From positions 1,137,544 through 1,150,770 of the forward strand of contig CP070665.1 in assembly GCA_020351745.1 (NCBI GenBank): a stretch of DNA of 13,227 nt, given 5' to 3'. The translations under genes were made by a program, and so were the position numbers. This document shows positions 5,655 through 13,227 of the stretch, one piece after another. Below the pieces are notes generated by a model, which worked only from the letters and a program-made list of their open reading frames with translations, had not been told where the DNA came from and did not search any database. The stretch comes from Candidatus Heimdallarchaeota archaeon (lineage in GTDB: Archaea > Asgardarchaeota > Heimdallarchaeia > Hodarchaeales > Hodarchaeaceae). Position 1 is the stretch's first letter. The number at the start of each line of letters is the position of its first letter.

Positions 5655-8366
5655 ATGACTTGGTTTCTCATGGCAACGACTCTTCCTAAACGAAATGTTA
5701 CTCGTAATCGATGGCGTTCATTTCTAATAATAATTGGAATTGCTATTTCAGTTGGGCTTGAAACAGGAATAGCTGTAACTATTGATTCGTTGTATGGAGA
5801 TTTTATTGAGAGTCATCGGGGAGATAATTTTACCGATATTACTATCCATCCGAAAGAAAAAACGACAATAGAAGAGATGAAGAGCTTATCTGAATTAGTA
5901 AGGACAATACCGGGAACAAAAAAGGTAGGTCTTGTTGCGACGATTACTTATATGGAGGAGTTGGCAGAAGCAGCGGAAATCCCCAATAATATTCTAATAT
6001 ATGGATTGGAAACTAATACACACCCTGATTTCCCTAATATTGAATTAAATTCTGGTAATCGCACCTTGGAATTTGGTGAAGCCATAATTTCGCAATCGAT
6101 ATCTGATTTCATCGATATAACGCCTGGGGAAAGATATCCTCTTCCTAAGAATCCTGAGTACAATTTTCTTGGGTCAACTATAACAATATCAGGAATTATG
6201 AAAGATAAATCACACTTTGGTAATCACTTAGGTTATTTGTTCGTTCTTCTAGAGATTAACTATTTGCTTGATATGTTTTCAGATACCTCTCTTTTGAATT
6301 TCCATTTAGTAGTTCAAGTTAATGATTTTGTCAAAATTAATACTATCGCAGAAGAAATTGAAGATACGCAAGGATTAGGGTTAGATTATTATGTTTATCG
6401 AGAGAAATCAATTAGTGAAAATGAATTATTAGCCATTCGATCATATCAGGCCGCATTGAATCTAATAATTATTGCTTCATTTGCTGTAGAGTTTTTATTT
6501 ATTACCAATATACTTACGATCAATGTTAGGGAACGATCAAAAGAGTTTGGTGTGCTAAGAGCAATCGGTACATCAAATCGTCAGATTATTACTTATCTTG
6601 GATTGGAGATATTAATCTATAGTGGAATTGGCAGCTTTCTTGGGATTACCATTGGAATCGGGTTTTCTGTGATGCTTATAGGGTTTTTAAACCTTAATTT
6701 TCCCACATTAAGCATTCAAGCGCTCCTACTATTACCAACTTCCATAATCACAACCTACATTACTGGAATTCTTGTAGCTTTGATCTCTGGTTTATACCCG
6801 ATTTTCACAGCAATAAATCTCCCCATTGTTCAGAACATCCACTGGAAGATGAGAAAGAAAAAAGCTTCCACAAAAAATTGGATTTATCTAGTATTACTTG
6901 GTGCTTTATTAACTGTTATCGGAATTGGAACTACCTATTTCATTGGACCTAGCAGATTTTTAGCTTTTGAAATTATTTCCTGGCATTTCTTTGTAGTTTT
7001 TTCGGTTTTTATTGGGACTTTACTTCTTGAAGCAGGGGTATTACACTTCATACCTAATATAGGAATGAAACTAATGGTCTGGCATAGATCAGTACCCAGA
7101 ACTATTGCTACTAGAAATATTAAGAGAGAATTTCAAAAGTCTATTGTAACAATAATGGTAGCAGCTCTTGCGCTTACATTTATTCTTGTAGTTGGAATCA
7201 CATCAAGGGCTGTCATTGGAACTATTCCTGATTACTATAACGAACGCTACGGAGTTATTGATATTGTTGCTGAAACTAAAGCCAGTACACCAGATCCTGC
7301 ACAGTTTACTAACCAGTTGGTGTCCAATAATACTAATATAGAAAGAGCAGGATATTTATTACAGCAAAGAACTAAGATTGAAAACGTCAATGGTTATGTT
7401 TTTGGAATAGATCCCAATTCTTACAATTATTTCTTTAAAGGGACAATGTTAGCTCCAGCTGATCCCAATATTCCAAAATTAATGAATAAAACAGAAAAAG
7501 GGGCCATCGTTAGTCATCTACTTCGAGATCGTATTGGTTTGAGGATTGGTGAGAATTTATCAATCCAGGTGACATCAAATTCAAGTACCGAGGTAACAAT
7601 TACTGGTATTGCTGCCAGTAATCCATTTTTACAACAAGGTCTGTACATATTCTTCTCAGACGCGTTATTTCAAGATTATTGGCAAAATGATACGGCTAAA
7701 TGGTTTGTAATGTCCATTTCACAAGACAATGAACCTCTTAAAACCATTACGGATCGTCTATCGTTCAAATATCAAGATGTTTTTCATGATGTAATTTCTA
7801 TTGATTTCTATACAAAGGTCATTGAAAAATCTTTGATTGTACAAACAGCTCTTTTTCAGATGCTGTTTCTTCACACTTTCCTTTTATCGGGGTTAGCTCA
7901 GTTCATCTGTATTTTGATTTCAACCCTAAAGATGGAGAGAGAAATAGGTATAATGCGAGCGTTAGGCTTATCTAAAAGAGAAGTCATTTCGACATTTTTT
8001 GGAGAATCAACGCTCTTAGGATTATCAGGGGTAGCCGTGGGTATTATAAATGGATTGATAGGAGGAGAATTGATGGCTTGGTACATAAGCCAATCAATCC
8101 CTATTGAAACAGATGTTTCTTGGACACTAATCGCTTTCTGGGTTACTGTTGCCTTTCTGATAACGGTTGTCAGTACAATAATTCCGAGCTATCGTTCATC
8201 TATCAAAAATGTTGCTAATGCTATTAATACCTATGTTCCTAGACAAATGCGGAGAACTCCCCTGATCTGGCCTGGATGGGAAAATGTCATTGATGAATAT
8301 CTCGAAGAAAGATCTAGAGGCTTACATCCTAACCTCACCTCCCCAAAAAGTAAAAAAGACCATTAA
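5655..8366 (+). CDS. Fused double FtsX/MacB-type ABC transporter permease (about 10 TM, two large extracytoplasmic domains)
   Basis: 903-aa ORF. N-terminal RNVTRNRWRSFLIIIGIAISVGL resembles the FtsX-family TM1 motif. First FtsX module: INVRERSKEFGVLRAIGTSNRQIITYLGLEILIYSGIGSFLGITIGIGFS. Second TM1-like motif: IATRNIKREFQKSIVTIMVAALALTFILVVGI. Second FtsX module: KMEREIGIMRALGLSKREVISTFFGESTLLGLSGVAVGIINGLIGG. The ATG at 5670 (MATTLPK...) is an alternative start. Confidence 0.85.
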   Translation: MTWFLMATTLPKRNVTRNRWRSFLIIIGIAISVGLETGIAVTIDSLYGDFIESHRGDNFTDITIHPKEKTTIEEMKSLSELVRTIPGTKKVGLVATITYMEELAEAAEIPNNILIYGLETNTHPDFPNIELNSGNRTLEFGEAIISQSISDFIDITPGERYPLPKNPEYNFLGSTITISGIMKDKSHFGNHLGYLFVLLEINYLLDMFSDTSLLNFHLVVQVNDFVKINTIAEEIEDTQGLGLDYYVYREKSISENELLAIRSYQAALNLIIIASFAVEFLFITNILTINVRERSKEFGVLRAIGTSNRQIITYLGLEILIYSGIGSFLGITIGIGFSVMLIGFLNLNFPTLSIQALLLLPTSIITTYITGILVALISGLYPIFTAINLPIVQNIHWKMRKKKASTKNWIYLVLLGALLTVIGIGTTYFIGPSRFLAFEIISWHFFVVFSVFIGTLLLEAGVLHFIPNIGMKLMVWHRSVPRTIATRNIKREFQKSIVTIMVAALALTFILVVGITSRAVIGTIPDYYNERYGVIDIVAETKASTPDPAQFTNQLVSNNTNIERAGYLLQQRTKIENVNGYVFGIDPNSYNYFFKGTMLAPADPNIPKLMNKTEKGAIVSHLLRDRIGLRIGENLSIQVTSNSSTEVTITGIAASNPFLQQGLYIFFSDALFQDYWQNDTAKWFVMSISQDNEPLKTITDRLSFKYQDVFHDVISIDFYTKVIEKSLIVQTALFQMLFLHTFLLSGLAQFICILISTLKMEREIGIMRALGLSKREVISTFFGESTLLGLSGVAVGIINGLIGGELMAWYISQSIPIETDVSWTLIAFWVTVAFLITVVSTIIPSYRSSIKNVANAINTYVPRQMRRTPLIWPGWENVIDEYLEERSRGLHPNLTSPKSKKDH

Positions 8367-8459
8367 TTTTAACTTTGGTCACAAAGGCATATTTCTTAAT
8401 GACCTGGGGATTCCCCATGCCTACAACTAATATACAATAGAATTGTGAATAATTCAGGT

Positions 8460-9188
8460 TTATGGCAACTTATATGCGGCTAACGTCTGATCAACCCACT
8501 CAGCAAACGTTAATTCTTCATTGAGGATTTTTGAAACCTGTATTTGGTATTCTTTTGCTGCTGCATCAGTGGGGATAATAATGAAACTCCCAGATTTACC
8601 TTCCATAGCTTGCATTCTTATCATTGGGCTATCTAGCTTGGAGGTAGAATCTGCACAAGCTAATTCCAGCGCCAACAGAAACAAGAAATCATGAGCAGTT
8701 AAATCGAGAAAGGCGTATTTTTCCATGTTGTCTGATGGTGAGAGGTCAAGAATGACTCGGCTCCAATCAAATATCCAAGATTCATCAGTGAACCAATGAG
8801 TAAAATATTCTTCCCTTTGAGCCCGAATTTCTGATAAGACAATAAGATATCTAATCATACATTCTCTAACTCTTTTCATCAAATTAAGACCAGGCTTATC
8901 ATACAAGAAGTTAAGACGAGCACGAACCTCACTTAACATAATCATCAATTTAATAATCTCTTCTAATTCTTTCTCACTTGGGATTGGGACATATTCAGAT
9001 ATCTTTTCCAACCAAGCGATCGTCTCACCAATTTGGGCTTCAGTTCTCTCCGTTTTAGAAATTGCTTTAAACACTCTTTTTATGTTAACCTCATTGATAG
9101 TTCTACGCATCTTATCTTTCTCTGGGAAATTGCTACGCTGATTAATGAGATCGCGAACAGAGATATCGGAATATCTAATTATTTCCAT
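8460..9188 (-). CDS. Hypothetical protein, soluble, probably mostly alpha-helical; no family recognised
   Basis: 242-aa ORF with an ATG start and AGGTGA about 9 nt upstream. It is convergent with the FtsX-type gene and divergent from the RAM-domain gene. No TM segments and no motif I can assign. Confidence 0.7.
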   Translation of the reverse strand: MEIIRYSDISVRDLINQRSNFPEKDKMRRTINEVNIKRVFKAISKTERTEAQIGETIAWLEKISEYVPIPSEKELEEIIKLMIMLSEVRARLNFLYDKPGLNLMKRVRECMIRYLIVLSEIRAQREEYFTHWFTDESWIFDWSRVILDLSPSDNMEKYAFLDLTAHDFLFLLALELACADSTSKLDSPMIRMQAMEGKSGSFIIIPTDAAAKEYQIQVSKILNEELTFAEWVDQTLAAYKLP

Positions 9189-9412
9189 CTATTTTTTCAC
9201 CTTTAATGATTCAAATCAATTGAAGAAAAACCTGTTTCACTATTTATGCATAAATTTAGGTCATTAATAAATAAATTCTTTGCTGAAGCGTTGTTCATAG
9301 AGAATTAAAACAAGCCGAAGATTTATTAATCTTATAAAGATATTATCTTTAATATAATTAAATCTAAAGCAAAATCCATTTTCCAACGTTATACTCGAAA
9401 GGTGATCTGTCT

Positions 9413-9649
9413 ATGTGTCCGACAGCATTTGTTATGATTAACGCAGAAATTGGTGAAGAAGAAGCAGTCTTAAAATTCTTGACCGAGGAGCTTGGTATCG
9501 ATGAAGCTCATATAGTGTATGGTGTATATGATTTAGTTGCAAAAATATCTGCAAATGACATGAAAAGCCTAAAAGATATAGTTATCAATAAAATACGTCA
9601 AGCAAATGGAGTTCGGTCTACTCTTACTATGGTTATTGTTCGAGGTTAG
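9413..9649 (+). CDS. Stand-alone Lrp/AsnC ligand-binding (RAM) domain protein, no DNA-binding domain
   Basis: 78-aa ORF with a strong SD (AAGGTGATC) 8 nt upstream of the ATG. The sequence AFVMINAEIGEEEAVLKFLTEELGIDEAHIVYGVYDLVAKISANDMKSLKDIVINKIRQANGVRSTLTMVIV has the beta-alpha-beta-beta-alpha-beta pattern and the hallmark GxYD(L/I) plus a T-rich last strand, as in AsnC_trans_reg/RAM domains. Confidence 0.75.
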   Translation: MCPTAFVMINAEIGEEEAVLKFLTEELGIDEAHIVYGVYDLVAKISANDMKSLKDIVINKIRQANGVRSTLTMVIVRG

Positions 9650-9679
9650 AAGAAAATCAATAAATCAGCTGATGCAAGG

Positions 9680-9711
9680 TTTTTTACCATTAATGTTTTT
9701 AGTTCTGTTTT
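9680..9711 (+). terminator. Cluster of oligo-T tracts (T6, T5, T4) downstream of the RAM-domain gene; candidate archaeal intrinsic termination signals
   Basis: T6 at 9680-9685, T5 at 9696-9700 and T4 at 9708-9711, within about 60 nt of the stop codon in a convergent intergenic region. Confidence 0.35.
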
Positions 9712-9778
9712 ACTTTGGGGGAGGGCTTCAAAGAATGAAACTACCCCATTTAGAAGCCATTTAGTAAAACAAAGTGAT

Positions 9779-11083
9779 TCAGGGTGTTGCTCTATTTATT
9801 AATCGGGGATATAAACACGCGTCACGAATGTGATCTAGATTCAATAATCCTTGCACCAGACGTTCTAACCCTAAACCAAATCCCGAATGTGGAACCGTAC
9901 CATATTTTCGCTGATCAATGTACCAATAATAAGGTTTTGTGTCAAGACCCTCTTCCCTCATTCGCTGTAGGAGGGTTTCTAGATCATCCTCTCGCTGGGA
10001 ACCACCAATGATTTCACCAACATTTGGGATTAACAGATCTGCGGCATTCATGACTTCAGGGTTTTCAGTATTTAGTTTCATATAAAATGGTTTCATTCCT
10101 GTCGGAAAGTGAGTTAAAAAGGTAGGGCTGCCAATTTTATCAACTAAAGCTCTCTCAGGCCCTTCAGTAATGTCATCTCCATATTCTAAGTACTTTCCAG
10201 ATTCCCCTTTAATTCCATATTCTCGTAAATGCCTAATAGATTGCTCGTAGGTTACTTGCTCAAATGGTTTGGATGGAACTTCCATTGTTGGATTGAATTT
10301 TTTTAGTATGGGATTTTCTTTAGCTTTCGTATATACAGAAATAATCATATCTTCCATAAACTCTAATAAGTCCTCGAATTCGTACCAAGGCATTTCTGCT
10401 TCAATATGAGTGTATTCAGTTAGATGTCTTCTTGTGCGTGATTTTTCAGCGCGGAAAGAGGGTAATACACAGAACACATTGCCCAAACTTGCTAAGACTG
10501 TTTCAAGATACAACTGACTCGATTGTGTAAGATAAGCATCATGATCAAAGTACTTGAAAGCGAAAAGCGTGGATCCTCCTTCTACTTGAGTTTGAACAAT
10601 AGTGGAGGGAGTAACTTCAACGAAGTCTCTACTATAGAAAAAATCACGAAAACTTCTAGTGAGATGATCTCGAAACCGCATAATATCAGATGCTTGTTCA
10701 CCCCGTAGCACTAAATGTCTTTTATCTAATAAAACTTGAGGACCAGAATCAGGACGAATCTCATACTCCAATTCAGGTGAAGCATAATTGATAACTGGAT
10801 TTATAGCAGTGATTTGTAATTCAATACCAATATAAGGAGCACGATCATCTTCTTTGACGGTACCTTCTGCAGTTATAGCAGTTTCTCGAGTAAGCTTTTC
10901 AGCAACCTTAAAAGCTGTGTCACCAACAGATTTAGGTTTAACAACTGCTTGAACGTATCCCGTAGGATCTCTAATGACTAGAAAAATCAGACGCCCTTGG
11001 CGACGAACATGATGAAGCCAACCGCGAACCTGAACCCTTTCATCGACTTTTTCCTGCAGTTTTATAACTGGAATATATTTCAC
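9779..11083 (-). CDS. asnS: Asparaginyl-tRNA synthetase (class IIb)
   Basis: 434-aa ORF with a GTG start and GGTGA about 11 nt upstream. N-terminal OB-fold anticodon-binding region (VQVRGWLHHVRRQGRLIFLVIRD). Motif 2 FRAEKSRTRRHLTEYTHIEAE. YLTQSSQLYLE. Motif 3 region YGTVPHSGFGLGLERL, which is AsnRS-like rather than AspRS-like (PPHGG). Confidence 0.9.
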   Translation of the reverse strand: MKYIPVIKLQEKVDERVQVRGWLHHVRRQGRLIFLVIRDPTGYVQAVVKPKSVGDTAFKVAEKLTRETAITAEGTVKEDDRAPYIGIELQITAINPVINYASPELEYEIRPDSGPQVLLDKRHLVLRGEQASDIMRFRDHLTRSFRDFFYSRDFVEVTPSTIVQTQVEGGSTLFAFKYFDHDAYLTQSSQLYLETVLASLGNVFCVLPSFRAEKSRTRRHLTEYTHIEAEMPWYEFEDLLEFMEDMIISVYTKAKENPILKKFNPTMEVPSKPFEQVTYEQSIRHLREYGIKGESGKYLEYGDDITEGPERALVDKIGSPTFLTHFPTGMKPFYMKLNTENPEVMNAADLLIPNVGEIIGGSQREDDLETLLQRMREEGLDTKPYYWYIDQRKYGTVPHSGFGLGLERLVQGLLNLDHIRDACLYPRLINRATP

Positions 11084-11209
11084 CTGATATTCTCACCGCG
11101 AAATGTTATGTTTCTAGCTGGATTTTTCTAATTATAAAAAACAGACGAGAACTATTTTTTTAATCTAAAAGTAAATTCTCTCAAAAAATCACTTTATTTT
11201 TAGAAATAA

Positions 11210-12043
11210 TTAAGGTGAGGAGCGAATTGGGAGAATTGACCAAATTACTATCCAAAAAATTGCTAGGTAACCTAGTATGAAGATTCCTCCAAGATAGAGA
11301 TGTGTTTCACTCCAAATATTTGCTGGAAAATATATGCTTAGATAAATTAAAATCAAAATTCTAAGTAAATTCAGTAAATAAACACCGATAATACCAATCA
11401 TTCCGAATAAAATCACCTGTTTCCGCTTTAAAGTTCGATTGGTCCTCGTAACATTTACAAAGAAAAAAAAGCTGCTTAAGAAGATTATTAATCCATAAAT
11501 ACCTGAACATGAACCAACAATAGAGATTCGAGTGAAGCGATCAACCTGAAATGTTGTAGCATCTATTATTGTAATACTATCATGGGAATAACTGCTAAAA
11601 AAAATTAAGAAGGATAAAAATAACAAAAAAGTAACTATAGGGAAGTTTCTTGTTATGGAATTCGAATAAGTTTTCCCTAATGCCTGAAAAACACAAAATG
11701 AACTGATTAAAATAAATAAAGGAATGAAATTTCCATATTTCATTATTAATACAAGAAGTTGCGAGGTCATCTGAGTGAGAATCATCACAATAGGTGTATT
11801 CAAGATCATCTGATCAATACGAAAGATAAAGTAAAGAATTATTATGCTAGTTAAGGGGGGAAGAATCAATCGCTGATTATCTTTCAAGATGAAATAAGCA
11901 AGAATGTATGAGAACAAGACAAATTGTCCCACTACTACCCAATCTGAACTAAACCGAGTCAAGAGTGTGAGAATGACCCATAAAATAATTATAATTTCAT
12001 AGATAAATATTGATTCAACTTTTTGAGACCGTAATTCAATCAA
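11210..12043 (-). CDS. Archaeosortase/exosortase-family integral membrane protein
   Basis: 277-aa polytopic ORF. It carries, in the family order, IVGSCSGIYGL (Cys179, codon 11507-11509), LLNLLRILIL (Arg228, 11360-11362) and SETHLYLGG (His248, 11300-11302). The start is a TTG at 12043 and is uncertain; there is no in-frame ATG near the N-terminus. Confidence 0.7.
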   Translation of the reverse strand: MIELRSQKVESIFIYEIIIILWVILTLLTRFSSDWVVVGQFVLFSYILAYFILKDNQRLILPPLTSIIILYFIFRIDQMILNTPIVMILTQMTSQLLVLIMKYGNFIPLFILISSFCVFQALGKTYSNSITRNFPIVTFLLFLSFLIFFSSYSHDSITIIDATTFQVDRFTRISIVGSCSGIYGLIIFLSSFFFFVNVTRTNRTLKRKQVILFGMIGIIGVYLLNLLRILILIYLSIYFPANIWSETHLYLGGIFILGYLAIFWIVIWSILPIRSSP

Positions 12044-12065
12044 AACGGCTTATTCCTTTGTTTTA

Positions 12066-12078
12066 TGTTTTATATATT
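12066..12078 (-). promoter_or_regulatory. Candidate TATA box for the archaeosortase-family gene (would give a leaderless or very short-leader mRNA)
   Basis: The minus strand reads AATATATAAAACA about 25-35 nt upstream of the TTG start at 12043. There is no SD-like sequence in between. Confidence 0.25.
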
Positions 12079-12469
12079 GAAGGATAAGATTAATTCTTTA
12101 TACTTTATCAAATATTTTAATGTATCGGTACACTAGAGATAACAATCTTAGCTGATTGAATATTTCTGGTTTAACACGTTACCATATATTGTTCCTTTGC
12201 AGATTTTTGAAGGTCTCAAAAATAAATTAGTATTTGACGCAATTATAAGTTTAAATATATGTAAAAAAAAAATAAATTATTATATATTATTGAGGAACCT
12301 ACTTAACTATCAGCATATATTATAGTTTTAAAGCGAGAAAAAACAGAACTAAGTAATAAATTATTGACAACGAAAAAAAGGCATATAAGAAAGTATTGAA
12401 TGTAATAGTGGCGGTAATAAATCTTCCTGCTTATACCAGATATCTTAGAGAATATAGTACGAAGAATTA

Positions 12470-13027
12470 GTGAAGAGAATGGTTAACTACAGCGCTAAAA
12501 TTGTGCTACTAGGGCAAGGTTCCGTGGGAAAGACATCCCTCATCCGTAGATACGTTCAACATACCTTCACTCACGATTACATGACAACTATAGGCTCCAA
12601 TTTTTTGATCAAGAAGATTTGTCTTGATAAGGAGAAGAATGTCAATATTACATTACAACTCTGGGATCTTTCGGGCCAAGATTCATTCAGAACGATCCGT
12701 GCTCGATATTATCTCCATGCACGGGGAGGTATTCTAGTTTTTGACCTTACACGCCCCTCTACTCTACAACAATTAGAAAAGTGGCAAATGGATTTCACAC
12801 AAAAAGTAGGGAGGGTTCCATTAATGCTATTTGGAAATAAGTGTGATCTGTGTGATCAAATCAGTGTTAACCAAGAGAAGGCAGAAAAAATGGCACAGGA
12901 ATTAGGGGCAACCTATTTCCGAACTTCAGCTCTTGATGGAACTAATGTTGAATCTGGATTTTTTGATCTTGCTAAAAAAATCATTGATCATATAACTGAG
13001 AAACGAAAAGAGTTAAGATACCGATAA
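12470..13027 (+). CDS. Ras-superfamily small GTPase, Rab-like
   Basis: 185 aa from GTG 12470, or 182 aa from ATG 12479. G1 GQGSVGKT; switch I TIGSNF; G3 WDLSGQ; YYLHARGG (compare Rab YYRGA); G4 NKCD; G5 TSAL. No C-terminal Cys prenylation motif: the tail is basic (EKRKELRYR). Confidence 0.9.
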   Translation: MKRMVNYSAKIVLLGQGSVGKTSLIRRYVQHTFTHDYMTTIGSNFLIKKICLDKEKNVNITLQLWDLSGQDSFRTIRARYYLHARGGILVFDLTRPSTLQQLEKWQMDFTQKVGRVPLMLFGNKCDLCDQISVNQEKAEKMAQELGATYFRTSALDGTNVESGFFDLAKKIIDHITEKRKELRYR

Positions 13028-13187
13028 TCTATTCAATTAATTAGCTTCTATAGATTTTGGATGAAAGGAAGGAGAAAAAACTGAAGCTTTTAAAACATTA
13101 GATATAAATAGTATATGTAAAAGCTATATCTTGATATATATCTCCTGAGAAAAAGATAGGAGAAAAACTCATAGGAAAAGAGATACG

Positions 13188-13227
13188 ATGTCAAGAAAAG
13201 ACGAACCGTTACTAATTTTTACAACTA
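13188..13227 (+). CDS. Possible 5' end of a downstream gene running off the window (MSRKDEPLLIFTT...)
   Basis: An ATG at 13188 is open to the window end. Only 13 codons are visible and no function can be inferred. Confidence 0.2.
   Translation, partial: MSRKDEPLLIFTT

Noticed and set aside
5948-8086. Antisense ORFs 5948-6163 and 7898-8086 (-)
   Set aside because: They are shadow ORFs within the 903-aa FtsX-type CDS.
8385-8422. Small nested palindromes (AGGCAT...ATGCCT enclosing GGGG-ATT-CCCC) between the convergent 8366 and 8460 gene ends
   Set aside because: The stems are only 4-6 bp with a large asymmetric internal loop. They may aid termination but are too weak to call as a feature.
8814-8834. 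R-x5-H (REEYFTH, residues 125-131) in the 242-aa orphan protein as a possible HEPN RNase motif
   Set aside because: The motif is too short to be meaningful alone. I cannot verify a HEPN helical context, and there is no adjacent MNT/antitoxin-like partner.
9784-10708. ORFs 9784-10011 and 10523-10708 (+)
   Set aside because: They are shadow ORFs opposite the asnS coding region.
13071-13169. Repeated GGAGAAAAA(A)CT at 13071-13082 and 13159-13169 downstream of the GTPase gene
   Set aside because: These are short purine-rich SD-like strings in AT-rich sequence. There are only two copies and no associated ORF of meaningful length.
1-13227. Search for tRNA, rRNA, CRISPR repeats, or prophage/defence gene signatures
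   Set aside because: I found no GC-rich cloverleaf-like segment in the intergenic regions. There are no regularly spaced direct repeats and no recognisable nuclease, integrase or capsid-type ORFs.

Overview
AT-rich window (by eye about one-third G+C). Gene content points to an archaeon, plausibly an Asgard/Loki-like lineage. This rests on an archaeosortase-type membrane protein, a Rab-like Ras-superfamily small GTPase, a stand-alone Lrp/AsnC RAM-domain protein, GGTGA-type Shine-Dalgarno sequences and oligo-T tracts after genes. Layout, left to right: (1) The distal part of a Dpp/Opp-class ABC importer operon on the + strand: DppB-like permease (5' end off-window), DppC-like permease, two ATPases, and a small 3-TM membrane protein. 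No substrate-binding protein gene is visible; it is presumably upstream of the window. (2) A collapsed, decayed second copy of that operon at 5101-5525, preceded by an unrelated small membrane ORF. (3) A 903-aa fused double-FtsX/MacB-type permease with no cognate ATPase in the window. (4) A 242-aa orphan protein (-). (5) A 78-aa RAM-domain protein (+). (6) Asparaginyl-tRNA synthetase (-). (7) An archaeosortase/exosortase-family protein (-). (8) A 426-bp AT-rich divergent intergenic region. (9) A Rab-like small GTPase (+). I see no rRNA, tRNA, CRISPR array, transposase or integrase. I cannot point to a clear multi-gene novel system. The most unusual items are a CBM4_9-like jelly-roll domain inserted in the extracytoplasmic loop of the DppC-like permease, the operon ghost with an intact 78-codon permease-tail ORF, the ATPase-less double-FtsX permease, and the archaeosortase / Rab-like GTPase neighbourhood.
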